Source of the DNA: Ionaspis alba
Taxonomy: Eukaryota
DNA length: 60,251 nt
NCBI GenBank assembly: GCA_964255285.1
Contig: CAXUUL010000026.1
Span: forward strand, 1 to 60,251
Direction of reading: 5' to 3'
Shown here: positions 12,301 to 24,775 of the stretch, piece after piece
Layout of the letters: each line of letters begins with the position of its first letter
Numbering within the stretch: the stretch's first letter is position 1
The notes under the pieces: generated by a model
Seen by the model: only the letters and a program-made list of their open reading frames with translations
What the model was told of the DNA's origin: nothing
Databases searched by the model: none
Made by a program: the position numbers and the translations under genes

Positions 12301-13952
12301 TGATAATAAGATTCTTCTTGCCTGAGCGCAAGTCATCCAATGTTTCGGTCTGGTCACTGCTGGCGACCTCACCGAGTTTCGATTTTCGTTTCGAGTTATT
12401 CGAGGTGCCAACGAAGGTACCGACGGAGATTCTGCCTGCCAATGTCGGATAGACTGATAGCAGATGTGCCAGTAAATATACGGAAGCCCTAGTCTTGACG
12501 AATATAAGACCAGCAAATCCTGGCTCCAACACTTCAACCAGGCATTCCAATAGCCGATGGACTTTTGAAGTCAGCTCATAATTTGCGGGAACTGTGGTGC
12601 TAACAGTTGGCGAGTCGTGTATGCCCTGGAGAGCCGCCTTGAGATAGCGCTTCTCTTCGATTTCGAGACCGTCTTCGATGTCAACAGGCCCTTCTGTACG
12701 GCGGATTGTCAATTTCTGTACGCAGAGACTGAGATAGTAGTCAGCAGCCCAGGATCCAAGCTCGGCCTGCACATTTGCAGCCATACTAGCTAGAGATTTG
12801 ATCTGCTCTTGGCAATATGTTTTACGGCTTGTCAATGCTTTTCGTAGCTGCTCAGTGTGTCCTTGACGTGACGATTTCAGCCTCTTCACATATGGATCGT
12901 CTTCGATATTTAGCTGTGAATGCAAGGCGGCGACCACCCGCAGCTTTTGAGATTGATGAGCGTCGTGAGGTTCTCTAGCGTATAGCAATAGTCGCACCGA
13001 TGGCGGGTGCACATATTTGAGCAGCTGTTCTCTATGAAGACGCGGTGTTCTGCTGATAGCATCTAGATTCTGCTCAATGGTCCTATGTAATGTCAAATCG
13101 CTGTGGAGTATGAGGGCAGGGAATCATACTGAAGGCCTTCTGCTTTACTCCTTACGATCGGAGACGCCGTCAGGCCAAGAATGTGAGGACGAGCGCCATT
13201 GCTGTTCGATCTTTGGTGGTAAAAACCACGCATAATCCTGTTTGCAGGATGATTGGAGACGCAGTGGTGAGCTACCAAATGTTCAGCTGGAGGAAGCCGG
13301 GTGCCCTGCTAGAAACCCATCTTGCCTTCGTCAAATACCAGCAGAGCGATCCTGGACATTCGGACGAACCCATGAATCAGAGCATCTTCAAGTACCTGGC
13401 TCGTATCAGTCATCTTGTCGTCAAGTTCACTCCAGGTGGCCATTGATACTTGGTGCGTGGACACCACTATTCGAATGTCCTTCAACACATCATCCCAGAT
13501 ACTCTGGTTTGACCACCGATCGACGCCGTCGTTCCCGGAAAGAAGTCTACACTGAATATGCGGAAGCTGGTGAGACAGGACCTTGCACTGCTGGGTAGCC
13601 AACGCAATGGTTGGGCAAAGAAACCATATAAGCTGTTAGATGTTTCAGTATCCATTGTAAGAATGAAACGATGGCAATCAGCACCTGCTCCGAGGGACAA
13701 CGTTCGAGCTCGGCAGCAATGCGTAGTATCGCTCTGGAGGTTTCAGTTAGCCCTTGTTGCAGTTTCCCGCAATTGACTTCATTCACATTTGCGTTTTGCC
13801 ACTCCCTGTATCAATCTTGCATCAACAATTCAGCGAGGATTCATTGATGTCCTGTGTTCTCTTACGGCGACGATAATGTTTCTTTCTAGACTAGCTGAAA
13901 GCATCTCTTCCTGATAGGCACGAGCCTGTAGAATGGTGCCAACGGTGTCCAT
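9350..13952 (-). CDS. DCL2: Dicer-like protein 2 (DExH helicase, Dicer dimerisation domain, 2x RNase III, C-terminal dsRBD)
   Basis: [45 protein letters not shown]; RNase III signatures [18 protein letters not shown] and [18 protein letters not shown], acidic catalytic residues intact. Confidence 0.93.
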
Positions 13953-14828
13953 AACGTGAAGGAGAACGAAAGTACTTCATGCAAACTATTTGCTAAGCTT
14001 AGCAGTGATTTGGTATGAATGACAAATGCTATTGATGGATGCAGCTTCAAGATGCGAGAGTGCTGAGACGGATCTCAGGTTCAACAAGCACGGCGCGTGA
14101 AAAGCATTGTATGCCACCTAGGTTGAATGAAGATAGACATTGAGACACAGTCCGTGTGTCGCAACGTTCATGCTCAAGGCATCCAATGTGGAAATTGAAG
14201 GGTCGCGGTACACGACATGTGCACGCCGATACTCGCGTCTGCTAGAAAAGTCGGTGTGGCATGCCGTCCAAAACGACTACGTCGAAACTGCTAACATGGA
14301 TCAACGTTAACAGGCTTGATATCATGCACTAAATGAATGTGGAGAAGAGACTACGTAGCAACAAGCAATAGCGTAAAGATGTAGGAAATCGTGGCTGGGA
14401 TAGAGTCACTCCCCCGAAGTTATACTTAGGACGCCTAGGGCTTGCTACTATTTGGTTGAGTCGCGTTGGGGCATTCAGGAGCATACTCTTTGATCTATGG
14501 GTGTATCTAGGTACAGCCTACCAGCCCTACCTGTTTGGAGCTTGCCGCACGCGTCGAACGGTCAAATTCAATGACTACTCGATCTACACTCTTTGGTATA
14601 GCTCCACCGCAGCGTCCCTTAGACGTTCTTTTAAAGAATACCTTTCGTTGTTTCGGGCAGAAATTCTTCATTTCAGCCCTTAAAAGCTTGCCATGATCCT
14701 ATGTGACAAGACAACGAAACTTTGTGTATTGATCCTAAATGTCAGTGGGGATCACAGCCAATACAAATTCCACATCACAAAACACCACATCCTCGTCTCA
14801 TTCTGCATATGGAAACCTCCAGCAATCT

Positions 14829-17160
14829 TCATCTCTTCTCTTCGTCATAGTCCATTCCTCGGTCAGCCATATCAGTATCGTCACGTTCGTACAACCGTTC
14901 CGGTTGTAGTGGTCGCCTTAAGATGTACCTTCCAATGAAGTAAGGGATTTGGCGGAGCCCGTAAGCGGCATGCTTGTGGGTCGACAAGTCTGTGTCATAT
15001 CAGTACAGGGACGGGCCTTGCCAGGGGTGATGGGGCTTACTGAAGACCTGATCTAGCTCCTCAAGAGTCTTCCCTTTAGTCTCGGGAACGAACAGTAGTA
15101 CGAGGACCCAACCGATAAGGTTCCAGGTTGCATAGAAAGCAAAAGCCCCTTGAGTGGTGAATGCGGTCTGGAGGGATGGCCATGTAATGGATAGCACGAA
15201 GTTGAAGAACCACGTAGTGGCCGTTGCAAGTGACATTCCCAGGGCTCTGATATAGAGCGGGTATGCCTCAGCCGAGTAGGTGCTACAATGTCGAATTAGC
15301 AAGATGTTCAACGTGGATGGAATGTCAGCCGCACAAAGGAACTGGACCCTCGCCAGGAGAATAGACCATGCCGAAGAGATAGATTCCCAGTGCCACACAT
15401 GCAATCCTAGCTGTATGCATAGTTTGTTCCGGAATGAAAAAACTGAAGCCTGTAAAGAAGAGGAAGAGCGACATGAGAGGGAACGTGGTAAGAAGGAGAT
15501 TGCGACGTCCGAAAGTGTCGATCGTGTAGATAGCTGGGATTGCAAATACGAAATTGATGATCCCAAAGCCTAGGGAGGCCGACAGAGCCGATATGGTCGT
15601 AAATTTGGCGTCTAAGAACACTTGGGACGAATAATAGGCGATCACGTTGACACCGCAGAACTGCTGCATGAACATGACGATCTCCGATGCCAGTAACGCA
15701 CGTCTATTTCGTGGGATGGAAATCAGCTCTTTGACCGGATTGCCGCGCTGACCTTTCATGTCGTTCTCGGCCTCGAGGAGTGTATGCATATAGAACACAT
15801 CCCTGGCGGCTTGCACCTTGTTGAACCGCAATCTGCTCATAGACTCGTATGCCTTGAAGTGTCTCCCTTTGCTCATGTAGTACCTCGGTGATTCTGGGCA
15901 GAGGAAGACAAAGGCAATGACAACCAGAGCGGGCAACATAGCAGAGGCCATCATTATACGCCAATTCAAGCCAATGACGCCCGGGGTGTCCTTGACCTGA
16001 TAGAACATGAGGTCACTCACATAGCCGAGCATGATCCCGAAAGCGGTCCACATCTGCCACTGCATGACGAGGGCTCCTCTTATGGCAGGTGGCGTGGTTT
16101 CAGCAGCGTAAATCGGGACTGTAGCCGACTTGGGTCCAATGCCCAACCCAAGAGCAAAGCGGGCCACAAACATTGCCCACCATGAATTCGTAAATCCTTG
16201 CCAAAAGCAGGCAATCGCTGAGTAGCAACACGTAATGAAGATGGTCCCTCTACGACCAAAGACCTCATTGAATGGTACCGTCAACCAACAGCCGATAAGA
16301 GCACAACACAGATAGGGAGCTGAGTTGGTGAGACCAAGGAGCCATGTTGATCTGGAGTCTTTTTCGCCAATTCCAAATTGCTTGCTGTAAAAGATCTGGC
16401 CGCCATTGACCACGGTCTCATCTACGGACTCGGTCAGCTTGCCAAACTCACTCATGAAGCTGGATCTCCCGAAATCATTTCGAATCGCTCCACTTTTATC
16501 CCTAAGGATATCAAGAAACTATACACCCAAGTTGCGAGTAGAAAACACGTCATGAACGCTCAGAGACATTCCGAGAGGATTGAACAGAATCATGGAGATA
16601 TTCCATGCTGTCAAGGGTGAGATAACGTTGACAACCACAAGTCGCCAAGGCATGGCAGAAACAATCGAAGTCGTGGCACCTGTGATCAAGGATGCTGGCG
16701 ATGAAGTGCACTTACCCATTCCTTGCACTGCAGCACATGTAGAGCAAAGCACGATGACGAGATACATCAATCGTGGTTGCGACCATCGGCTTGTGACTTC
16801 CTTTCGTAAGACACTCAGCTCCTCCTCCGTCATCCCCTCAATCGTATCGAATTTGCCCGGATCTTGAGCCAAACAAGCACCGAGCTCAAAAGCTCTGATA
16901 TCTTCTTCGTCTCCGATATAGTGTTTAGCCACATACTCTCTTCCCATCTGCTTCAGTTCGGCGTGGGAGTAGCCGGCGAGTGGATTGGCCAGCTTGGCGT
17001 TGGCATTGCGCCTGGCTACCTCCGCAGCAGTCATGGAGCCCTTTCGGGCGGTCGTAGCAGTTGAGAGACCGCGCGTGCCATTTTCGCCGTTCACGGTATT
17101 GCCGTCAAGGTCGCCGGATGAGCTGTCGCGTGGGGTAATCTTCTCCGCCTTGTCCGCCAT
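14829..17160 (-). CDS. MFS sugar porter (polyol/inositol/pentose-proton symporter-like)
   Basis: FGRR repeats, YAAETTPPAIRGALVMQWQ, PESPRY, QQFCGVNVIAYY, PETKGKTLEEL; three coding introns plus a probable 5'-UTR intron. Confidence 0.9.
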
Positions 17161-18217
17161 CGCGCTGAATGCCAGGACGGTTAGCCAACTCTTCAAACGA
17201 GGAGTGGGAAACTGCCAACGAGGACCGTTGACGTACAGGATATCTTGTCGGTACAAATCAGACTCCTAATGCTCTAATTATCAGTTCGGGAGGTCTGAAG
17301 CGGTATGAATATAGCGAAGTAATGCACTCATGTGGGGAAAGGGTTTGGGGATTCGTTGTTGAGTTGTGCTAAAAGGTAGGATGTGTGCGGGGTTACAACG
17401 ATATATGAAGGGCAGATCTGGATTACATGTATTTCGAGGCTGCCTTATCCTACAAGGCATATCCTCTTACTTTCAGTCACTCAATCCCAAATGTGCCATC
17501 GACGTCAACTGCATCCAAAAGACGGCACAGAGGGCGGGTGGCTTGCGCTAGGGGCCTCGCTACCACGAAGCACCTAGTAAGAAAGGTGGGGAAGTTGAGT
17601 CAAGCATCTCAGCAACAATGCCTTGGTCCAATCAGCATCTCTCTTTGCAAGCTCGTCGTTGCATTGTTGCGTGCGGTCCATAGAGGACCATGTAGAGTAC
17701 AGTGTCATGCGATGCACGTCTCCGATGAGCACAAAGTAACACTGTCTGTCCAACATACTGGATGAGGTGGGGGCGTAAGATTCGCGGATGATAGAAGTCG
17801 AGTTTTGCACAAATCCGACATCAATACAAGGGGAGGCTTTCTCAACACATTTGGAAATCAACAGCAAATGTTCTGTATATTATATTGAGCCAGAAGTTAT
17901 CACGAGGTGATCGATATGGGCATTCGTAAAGAGAGGAAGATATACTACAGTGAGTAGTAGTGACTGGTAGTGGATTGGATAGCCCAAAAGCCTCGCCCAG
18001 AACCACCGACTCGCACCAGGAATGTCCTGTAATCCTCCGACCGTTCGATGACCCAAATGAGGGCAATGCAAAAGCCTATCCCTGTCCCACACCGACTGAA
18101 CCCCGCGTCCTCAGCCATGCCACGAGACCTTTTTGCCTTGGGATCCAGCCCCCCCGGAAGATCTGATGATGACGTAGTTCGCACCGACTCGGCTTTTACC
18201 CCGTTTCTTTGAGGCTG

Positions 18218-18665
18218 CACCTTTGGTATGTAGAGCTGAATTCTCGCTATACATGTGGTCAATCTAACCAATCAAATTTATTATAAAAATTTATTTTTAT
18301 AAGATCGTGCGATTCAATTGAAACAATATAATTTAATCATGAGAATATTTTTTAATTACGTTTTTGTCAGGGCTGGCAAATATCTGATGTTTTATGAATG
18401 GTGTTGTAAGGATTAGTGGGTACACTCCCTAAGCCGTGCACAGTATATTAGGGATAATAGGGATAGTTACCCCTGTTAAGGGTAACTATAGTGGTCTTTT
18501 GGCCCAGTTGGCCCCGTGGGCCCTATTTCCGGCAGGTTACAATTTTTTATAGAATTTGATTATTATCATTAAACCGCGCGATTTCATAAAAAAAATTAAT
18601 TATAAATTTAATCGGTTATATTGATCATATCTATAACGGGAATTCAACCCTATATATCAAAGGTG
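18218..18665. mobile_element. Non-autonomous foldback/MITE-like DNA transposon with long degenerate TIRs and an 8-bp TSD
   Basis: TSD TGAGGCTG at 18210-18217 and 18666-18673; termini CACCTTTG...CAAAGGTG; first 64 bp of the TIRs match at 52/64, and similarity continues to about 110 bp; AT-rich. Confidence 0.9.
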
Positions 18666-18967
18666 TGAGGCTGATTGCTAGCTCAGCCTCGTGTCACGTT
18701 GGTGGGCGAGCTATGGCTAGAGCCTCGTTTACACTTGCATCTTTCTATTTACGATCAGGTGAGCAGGCGACTTCTTGTTATGCTTTATGTCAGAAATCCG
18801 GAAGCAAAATTTTGCACTGCTTAAATGTGACTTCCAACAGGAACTGCCCTGGGAACAATATACGTCTGCCGAATCTGTCAAGCGATCGCAAAGAGCTATG
18901 CAGATACCAGATCCGAGGAGAAGCACTCTTCCTTCCAAATGTTCAAGCAAGAAACTCATGACAGGAA

Positions 18968-21900
18968 CTATTTCTTTGCTCTTCCCTTGCCGGCCGCTGC
19001 CTTCGGTCTACCTTTGCCCTTCGGCTTGACTTCCTCTTCATTCCTATCGCTCATCGCCTCATCTCTGTCTTCATCGTTGACCTTCCCCTTCCCCTTCTTT
19101 GCACCCGCCTTGGATACGGCTTTCTTCTTCGGTGCCTTGACGTACTTGTCCTTCTTCAAGTCTAAATCCGAGTCCCCCTCCTCATCCACCATCTCATCCA
19201 AACCCTGTGCATCGTCGCTCTCCTCGATTGCTTCCTCAAGATCCGGCCTGTCCTTGCTCTTCCTTCCGGGCGCCATGCCAACCCCTCCTGCTTTCATGAA
19301 CGGCAGTGGGTGGCTCATCTGGTTGTACGTTCGTGTGAAGGACGACTTGGATTGGGTTGGGATTTTGACAACCTCCTGGGCTTGCGGCCCGACACCTAGC
19401 TCGCATAGAGCATCCCAATCATCTTTGGTCAAAAAGTAGCTGTCCATCAATTCAATGATTGTCTGAACACCTTCCTTAGAATCACCATGAAGCTCGAGAG
19501 CCTTGACTAGTCGCTGCCACAGTACTGGAAGGTACTGTTGACGGATCTCGTGGCGGTCTCCCGATGCCCGAAGGCGCATGTGACCTTGAATTTCCTTGAC
19601 CAAGCGGACGTTCTTGCCTGTACGTTGTTAGCAGACGCGCAAAGACTCTCGGACGTCATAGTGATACATACCCAGCTTGCTGTTGTTCCCCAACCAGGAA
19701 GTAAATCGTGTCTGGTTTCCGGCTAGACTTCCGGACACAAAACTGGCTGGGCGAACAAAGCTGCAGATTGCGTGTGTTGGCATCAAGCTCCACTGCTGTT
19801 GAGAACCGTGAATCATGCGGTCCACAAGGTCTCCGTCGCTTATACTCTCAGCCGCCTTATCGGTAAGCTCTAACAGCTTAAGGCTCCTCTCCCTCCCGCT
19901 ATACTGGTTGGCAAGCATGGGACTTGTACCGAGATAGTTCTCTTGAAGCATGAGAGAGCTGAACTCGTGGTCATTGAAATAGAGCTCGACCTTATCATTC
20001 AGGGACGCTGTGCTGCTTGATGCAAACATGCCACCTCCCAGAATCTTGCTAACAATATCCCAAGGCTTCAGGATAACATGCTTCTCCCACGCGTTCGACA
20101 TCTTCTTTCCCCCATCAAAGTCAAGGGCTTGCTGGTCGACTTTGGCCGTCGAAATCATGTTGATCACTTGACGAATGTCTGCCCGACTCCCCTCGATGAG
20201 AGCACTGACGACGTTGTTTGGGATCAGATCCCTCATCCCTTCTCGGTAAAGAATGGTCATGATCCTCGGTTTCACTTGATCTGTTGTCGGTCTTCTGAAA
20301 GGGAGATCGTAGGTGACGTGGTCGAATGGTTTCATCTTTTGTAGCTTCCGGTCGTTGCATATGAGAATCATGGGAATGTTGGTCTTCTTGCACACGGCTG
20401 CCAAGGCACCAACTCCACCTCGATCACCAGCCGACATACCGTCAACCTCGTCCATAATCAAGACAAGCTTCTTCTTCTCCGTCTCGACTTTCTTCCCATC
20501 TCCAGCAAAGTATCCCAGGAGTGAAGTGGTATCCAATACCCCTTTCAAGCCAGTCTCGACGAGCTTTTTGCTTCTAGTATCACTAGCATTGCTCTCAACG
20601 ACGTCATATCCTTCGAGTCTTGCCACGAGATGAGCCGCAGTGGTTTTTCCGATTCCAGGTCCTCCATGGATAATTACAGCTCGGTAAACACCCGAGCCAT
20701 CTTTTCCAGCTCTTTTGAATCCAGTCTTAGCATTAGTTCTCCAGTTTCGTAGCCAAGTTTGGAGCTTCTCAACCTGAATCTTGTTACCACAGATTTGACC
20801 GACCTGCGTCGGCGCGTATTTTACGGTCCAAAGACGACTGTCGATGGACGGCTGAAGTGTGTCGTTTGTCGTCTTGGTGAGGTTAGTCCCACCAGCCGAC
20901 TTCCCAACACCAATTGTCTTTAGCTCTTGTCTTGCCTTTGCCCTTTCTTCCTTCTCCATCTGCTTGGCTGCTTCTTCAACCTTCTTCTCTTCAGCCAGCT
21001 TTTTCTCTTGGAACTTCTCAGCTGCTTTGCTATCACCACCATTTGCAGGGAGTCTACTGATCAATGCAAAAAGTCCATCCTCGTTGATAGTCTTGATGCC
21101 ATTCTTGGCTATCGTCTCTAGTTTCTTGGGACCCGCATCATTCCCAAGTACGACGTAATCAGTCTTCTTGCTCGGTCCGCTCGTGACCTTTCCCCCGTAT
21201 CTTTTGACAAGCTCAATACCTTCATCTCGTCCCAAAGAATCAAGTATACCTGTGAAAACAAATGCGAGTCCAGCCAAGCAGTTCTCTGCACCGGTAGGCA
21301 ACTCTCTACTTCCGGCAGCTGGAGCTACTTGTGATCGTTGGGCATTAGCCCTGAAATCGAACTTCTTGTTTGGGTCTTGTGTCGGTGGAGTTGGTGGCCG
21401 TACAGTTGGAATACTATCAAAGATGTCTTGCATGGCCTTATTCTCAGGAACCTCTTCCTTCTTCTTGGCAGGGGTCCTGGGTTTCTTGGGTGGTGTGGCT
21501 TTCGTGCCACTAGATCTCTTGGAAGCAGGTTCGAAGGCATCCTCTTCGTCATTCGAAAGCTCGACCGACTTTCTTTTTCGACCATTAGTCGTGGCCTTCG
21601 CGCCATTGACTGATTTGCTGGCCTGAATCTTCTCTTTCGGGTAAAGTCCATCAACTTCAGCTAAATCCTGTAGGCCATTCTTCCTCCTTTGACGTGCAGG
21701 CTTGAGGGCCTCTTCACTCTCGTCACTTTCATCACTTTCGTATTCATCTTCCATCTTCTTTCCGGCTCGTTTGAACTCGGCGCCGTGGATATCTTCTCCG
21801 GAATCGTCGTCCATTCTGAGCACTGGGACGTGGTCATCATCGCTTTCGTTGGCATATGTAGGTTTCCTCTTCTGGCGTGCAGAGGTGCGGCTGGCCCGAC

Positions 21901-22676
21901 TCGAATCAGGACCAGGTGCATTCTTACTTTTTGCCGTAGATTTGGGAGTAATGACGACTTTCGAGGTACTTTTGGGAGTACTCTTAGCAGACTCGCGTCT
22001 GGGAGTGATCTCTAAAGCTTTCCTCTCGACCACGACTTTCGGCTTCGTAGGCGTAGAACGTGTGGGTTTGCTTTTGCCATTTGAAGCGAAGTAGTCCGAT
22101 GAGGTCGTGAATTCTCCCTTTGGTGACTCCCTCGCTCTAAAAACCAAGAGTGAGCTTCAAAATTTCGATTGACGATTGCTCCACTCACACTGGTCGCTTC
22201 GCAGGAGCTCTCTTCGGCGTTGACTTCTTGGGTCTGTGAATTGTCAACATCGAAGAACAATAAGTGCTCAAAGACAGTCCTACGCCGGCTCTTCCTCGTC
22301 ATCGCTGTCGCTTACGACCTTGCGTTTGCCTACCGATATTAGAGATTGTGCTCGGAGATGCCGGAGCCTGAGTGACATACCTCTTCCTATTGCTTTTACA
22401 GGTTTAGTCTGAACAATAACGGTAAGCACGTTAGCAAGTGTGTCCGGGTGTGTATTGATCAGTGAATAAATCCAGGGCAGATACGTGATATAAAGTAGGC
22501 CGGGACCATTGATATACAGCTGGTGGTGTTGCAGCTTCCGAAGACGGAGCGTCTCCTCAGAAAATTATTCAAGATGTGGATGTACGTACATCTTTGGCTG
22601 ACACAGGCTTTTCCTGACTTTCTGCCGTGCCTTGACTGCCCTTTGCTCCGAAGAAGCTTCGAATGTCTGGAGGCAT
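18968..22676 (-). CDS. RFC1: Replication factor C large subunit
   Basis: N-term MPPDIRSFFG; BRCT domain (GLAFVFTG...VVLGNDAGPKK); LWTVKYAP; Walker A GGPGIGKT; MDEVDGMS; C-terminal FTRTYNQMSHPLPF. Confidence 0.95.
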
Positions 22677-22970
22677 AGTCGCCTCGTTGCAGATCTCGCA
22701 ATGATACCAAGATCTCAAGGGAGGGAGAAGCAATTGGTTTGGAAGCCTCTTGTACCACTAGTCTGAGGAAGAAAAGAGGGATTGTGGTGTTGGAGCACGC
22801 CGCAGTATTGGAGTCATTGAAGACGCGCTTCGCGAATGGATGATCATGAGAGTGCTCCGGCGCGAGGAACCGCCGATACGGACTAGTTTCGAATTTCCCG
22901 ATCACTTGCCAGAACACACAGGATCATACCTAGACCTCCCGCATCTCTTGTCTTATGTGTCTCAAGAATC
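22677..22970. promoter_or_regulatory. Bidirectional promoter RFC1/MRPL16 with MCB-like CGCG elements
   Basis: Divergent ATGs about 295 bp apart; ACGCG at 22823, further CGCG at about 22831 and 22861. Confidence 0.5.
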
Positions 22971-23763
22971 ATGAGACCTCGACTGCCTCTGACGATACGG
23001 AGGTCAAATCCTATCTATCAGCCTTTGCGCGCCCGAGTCCCAAGTGGGTTATGAATGCCAATGGCGATCACCTATCAGCTAATAATCATCTTTCTGTCTA
23101 GTTACCTCGACAAAACCCTCTTCCTTTCAAGACCGGGCATTCTCGTCTACTCCGCTAATTCAAAACTGGCTGTTTCCTAAACGCGGGCACAAGTCAAAAT
23201 CTCGAAAAGGACGACCTCGGATCCCTACTGGTGGTAGCGTCCGAGGCACCACAATAGTATGGGGAGACTACGGCATTAGGATGAAAGATCATGACCGGAG
23301 AGTCTCTGCGACCCAGCTGTCGATAGGCGCAGAGACTATAAAGAAGCGTTTGCGTGGTCTTAAGTACAAACTCTACACAAGGGTTTGCGCCAACATTGGG
23401 GTGTATACAAGCGGTAACGAGGTTCGAATGGGTAAAGGAAAGGGGAGTTTCGATTACTGGGCCAGCAGGGTTGCGGTTAGCAAAATCATATTCGAGCTGA
23501 AAGGTGAATTGCACGAGCAGGTCGTCCGGGACGCCTTTCGTTTGGCAGCAGCCAAGATGCCTGGTATTTCGCTCCAGTTCCTAGTCGTGCAGACTCATGG
23601 CTTACGAGATTCAGGGCAATATGAGTTCGTGAGGAAAGGGGACCCACCGGTCATGGGGATTACGAAGATGGAGCCTGGCGTCACACCTGACACACTGAGA
23701 AGACCGAGGATAATGCTTCCATTAGAAGCCGCTGCAGCGAGATTGCCAGCAACGACAGCATAA
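22971..23763 (+). CDS. MRPL16: Mitochondrial ribosomal protein uL16m
   Basis: Arg-rich presequence; KGRPRIPTGGSVRGTTIVWGDYGIRM; NEVRMGKGKGSFDYW; two introns. Confidence 0.93.
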
Positions 23764-23868
23764 CCTAGAATTAGGGTACCAAAGTGATATTTCGCCTGGA
23801 GAAGCTCTCAAATGTGATCGTTCGGCAATGATTCTATGCCGAGCTACAGCATCAAGTGCTGAGCAAGT

Positions 23869-24239
23869 CTATCCTCCAACACCCGATCCCTCTCCATAAC
23901 CTTGCTCCTTGCGAGTCTGCTGCTCGTCACCCTCATCCTGCTGTACGTTTGTGGAACCATAGCCACCTTCTAATGTTTCAGCGATGATTGACTCCTAATT
24001 ACGCTTAGGGTTGTATACCTTGATTGGCACTTCCACTACTATCCGTCGTCTCACCACCAAAGCCATGCTCCGAGATGGCCTTTCCGTATCTGACATTTTC
24101 TGCGATTTTCACCCCTTTCTCTGTTTTCTGCTGTTGTGTTTGGGATGTCGTCGCGTCAGGCTGGATCTGCTCGTCTAAGTCCAGGAGTTAGGAAGCCCAG
24201 ATGCGGCACATGGTGCAACTAGGAGTACTTACCGCCCAT
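23869..24239 (-). CDS. Small hydrophilic Gly/Gln/Glu-rich hypothetical protein (~86 aa, 3 exons)
   Basis: ATG GGC G|gtaagt..ctaac..tag|...|gtatac..aag| gives MGDEQIQPD...KIAENVRYGKAISEHGFGGETT...TRKEQGYGEGSGVGG*. The start codon is uncertain. Confidence 0.7.
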
Positions 24240-24775
24240 CTGGCCCCCTTTCTTCGAGTGGGGCTTTGTGACTGTCTTGATGGATTCGTATCTTTGAAGG
24301 ACAGTAAGCCTGGAGCTCAATATATCAATTGATGTGCCAGGGATCATTACTGTGTTCCTTCTCCGCCTGGCTCGGCGTCCATCATACCGGACGACATGGA
24401 CTCGTCGTAAGTAGGTTTGAGGTATCTTTGAATAGTAGTCACAATCGCTCTGGTAAGATCAAGGTATATTACTTCAAATTTGTCGTCGAGGATTTGGAAG
24501 GTTTCCGTAACATCATAAGTTGCATATATTTTGGAAAACCTTAATCCTGGGCCTTTATGACGCAGCCGAACCCAACAGAATACCATGAACTACGCCCGGT
24601 AAAAGCAGGTGAACTCTTAATCGTCCCGCTACTGCACCAGTCAACAGAAGTGGCTACCACCCGTCAGAAGTTGTACATCTCAAGTCAACCACTTGAACAT
24701 CAGCTAACAACGCGCGATCATTTGCAAGCGTTCCATAAATCGCGCCAACCACTAACAACTCCCGTGCAATACCTC

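Noticed and set aside
18449..18496. Resemblance to homing endonuclease sites: TAGGGATAAtAGGG (I-SceI-like) and TAACTATAgtGGTC (I-CeuI-like)
   Set aside because: Only partial matches (14/18 and 12/14) in AT-rich transposon interior, partly explained by the local palindrome; no rRNA or vector context.
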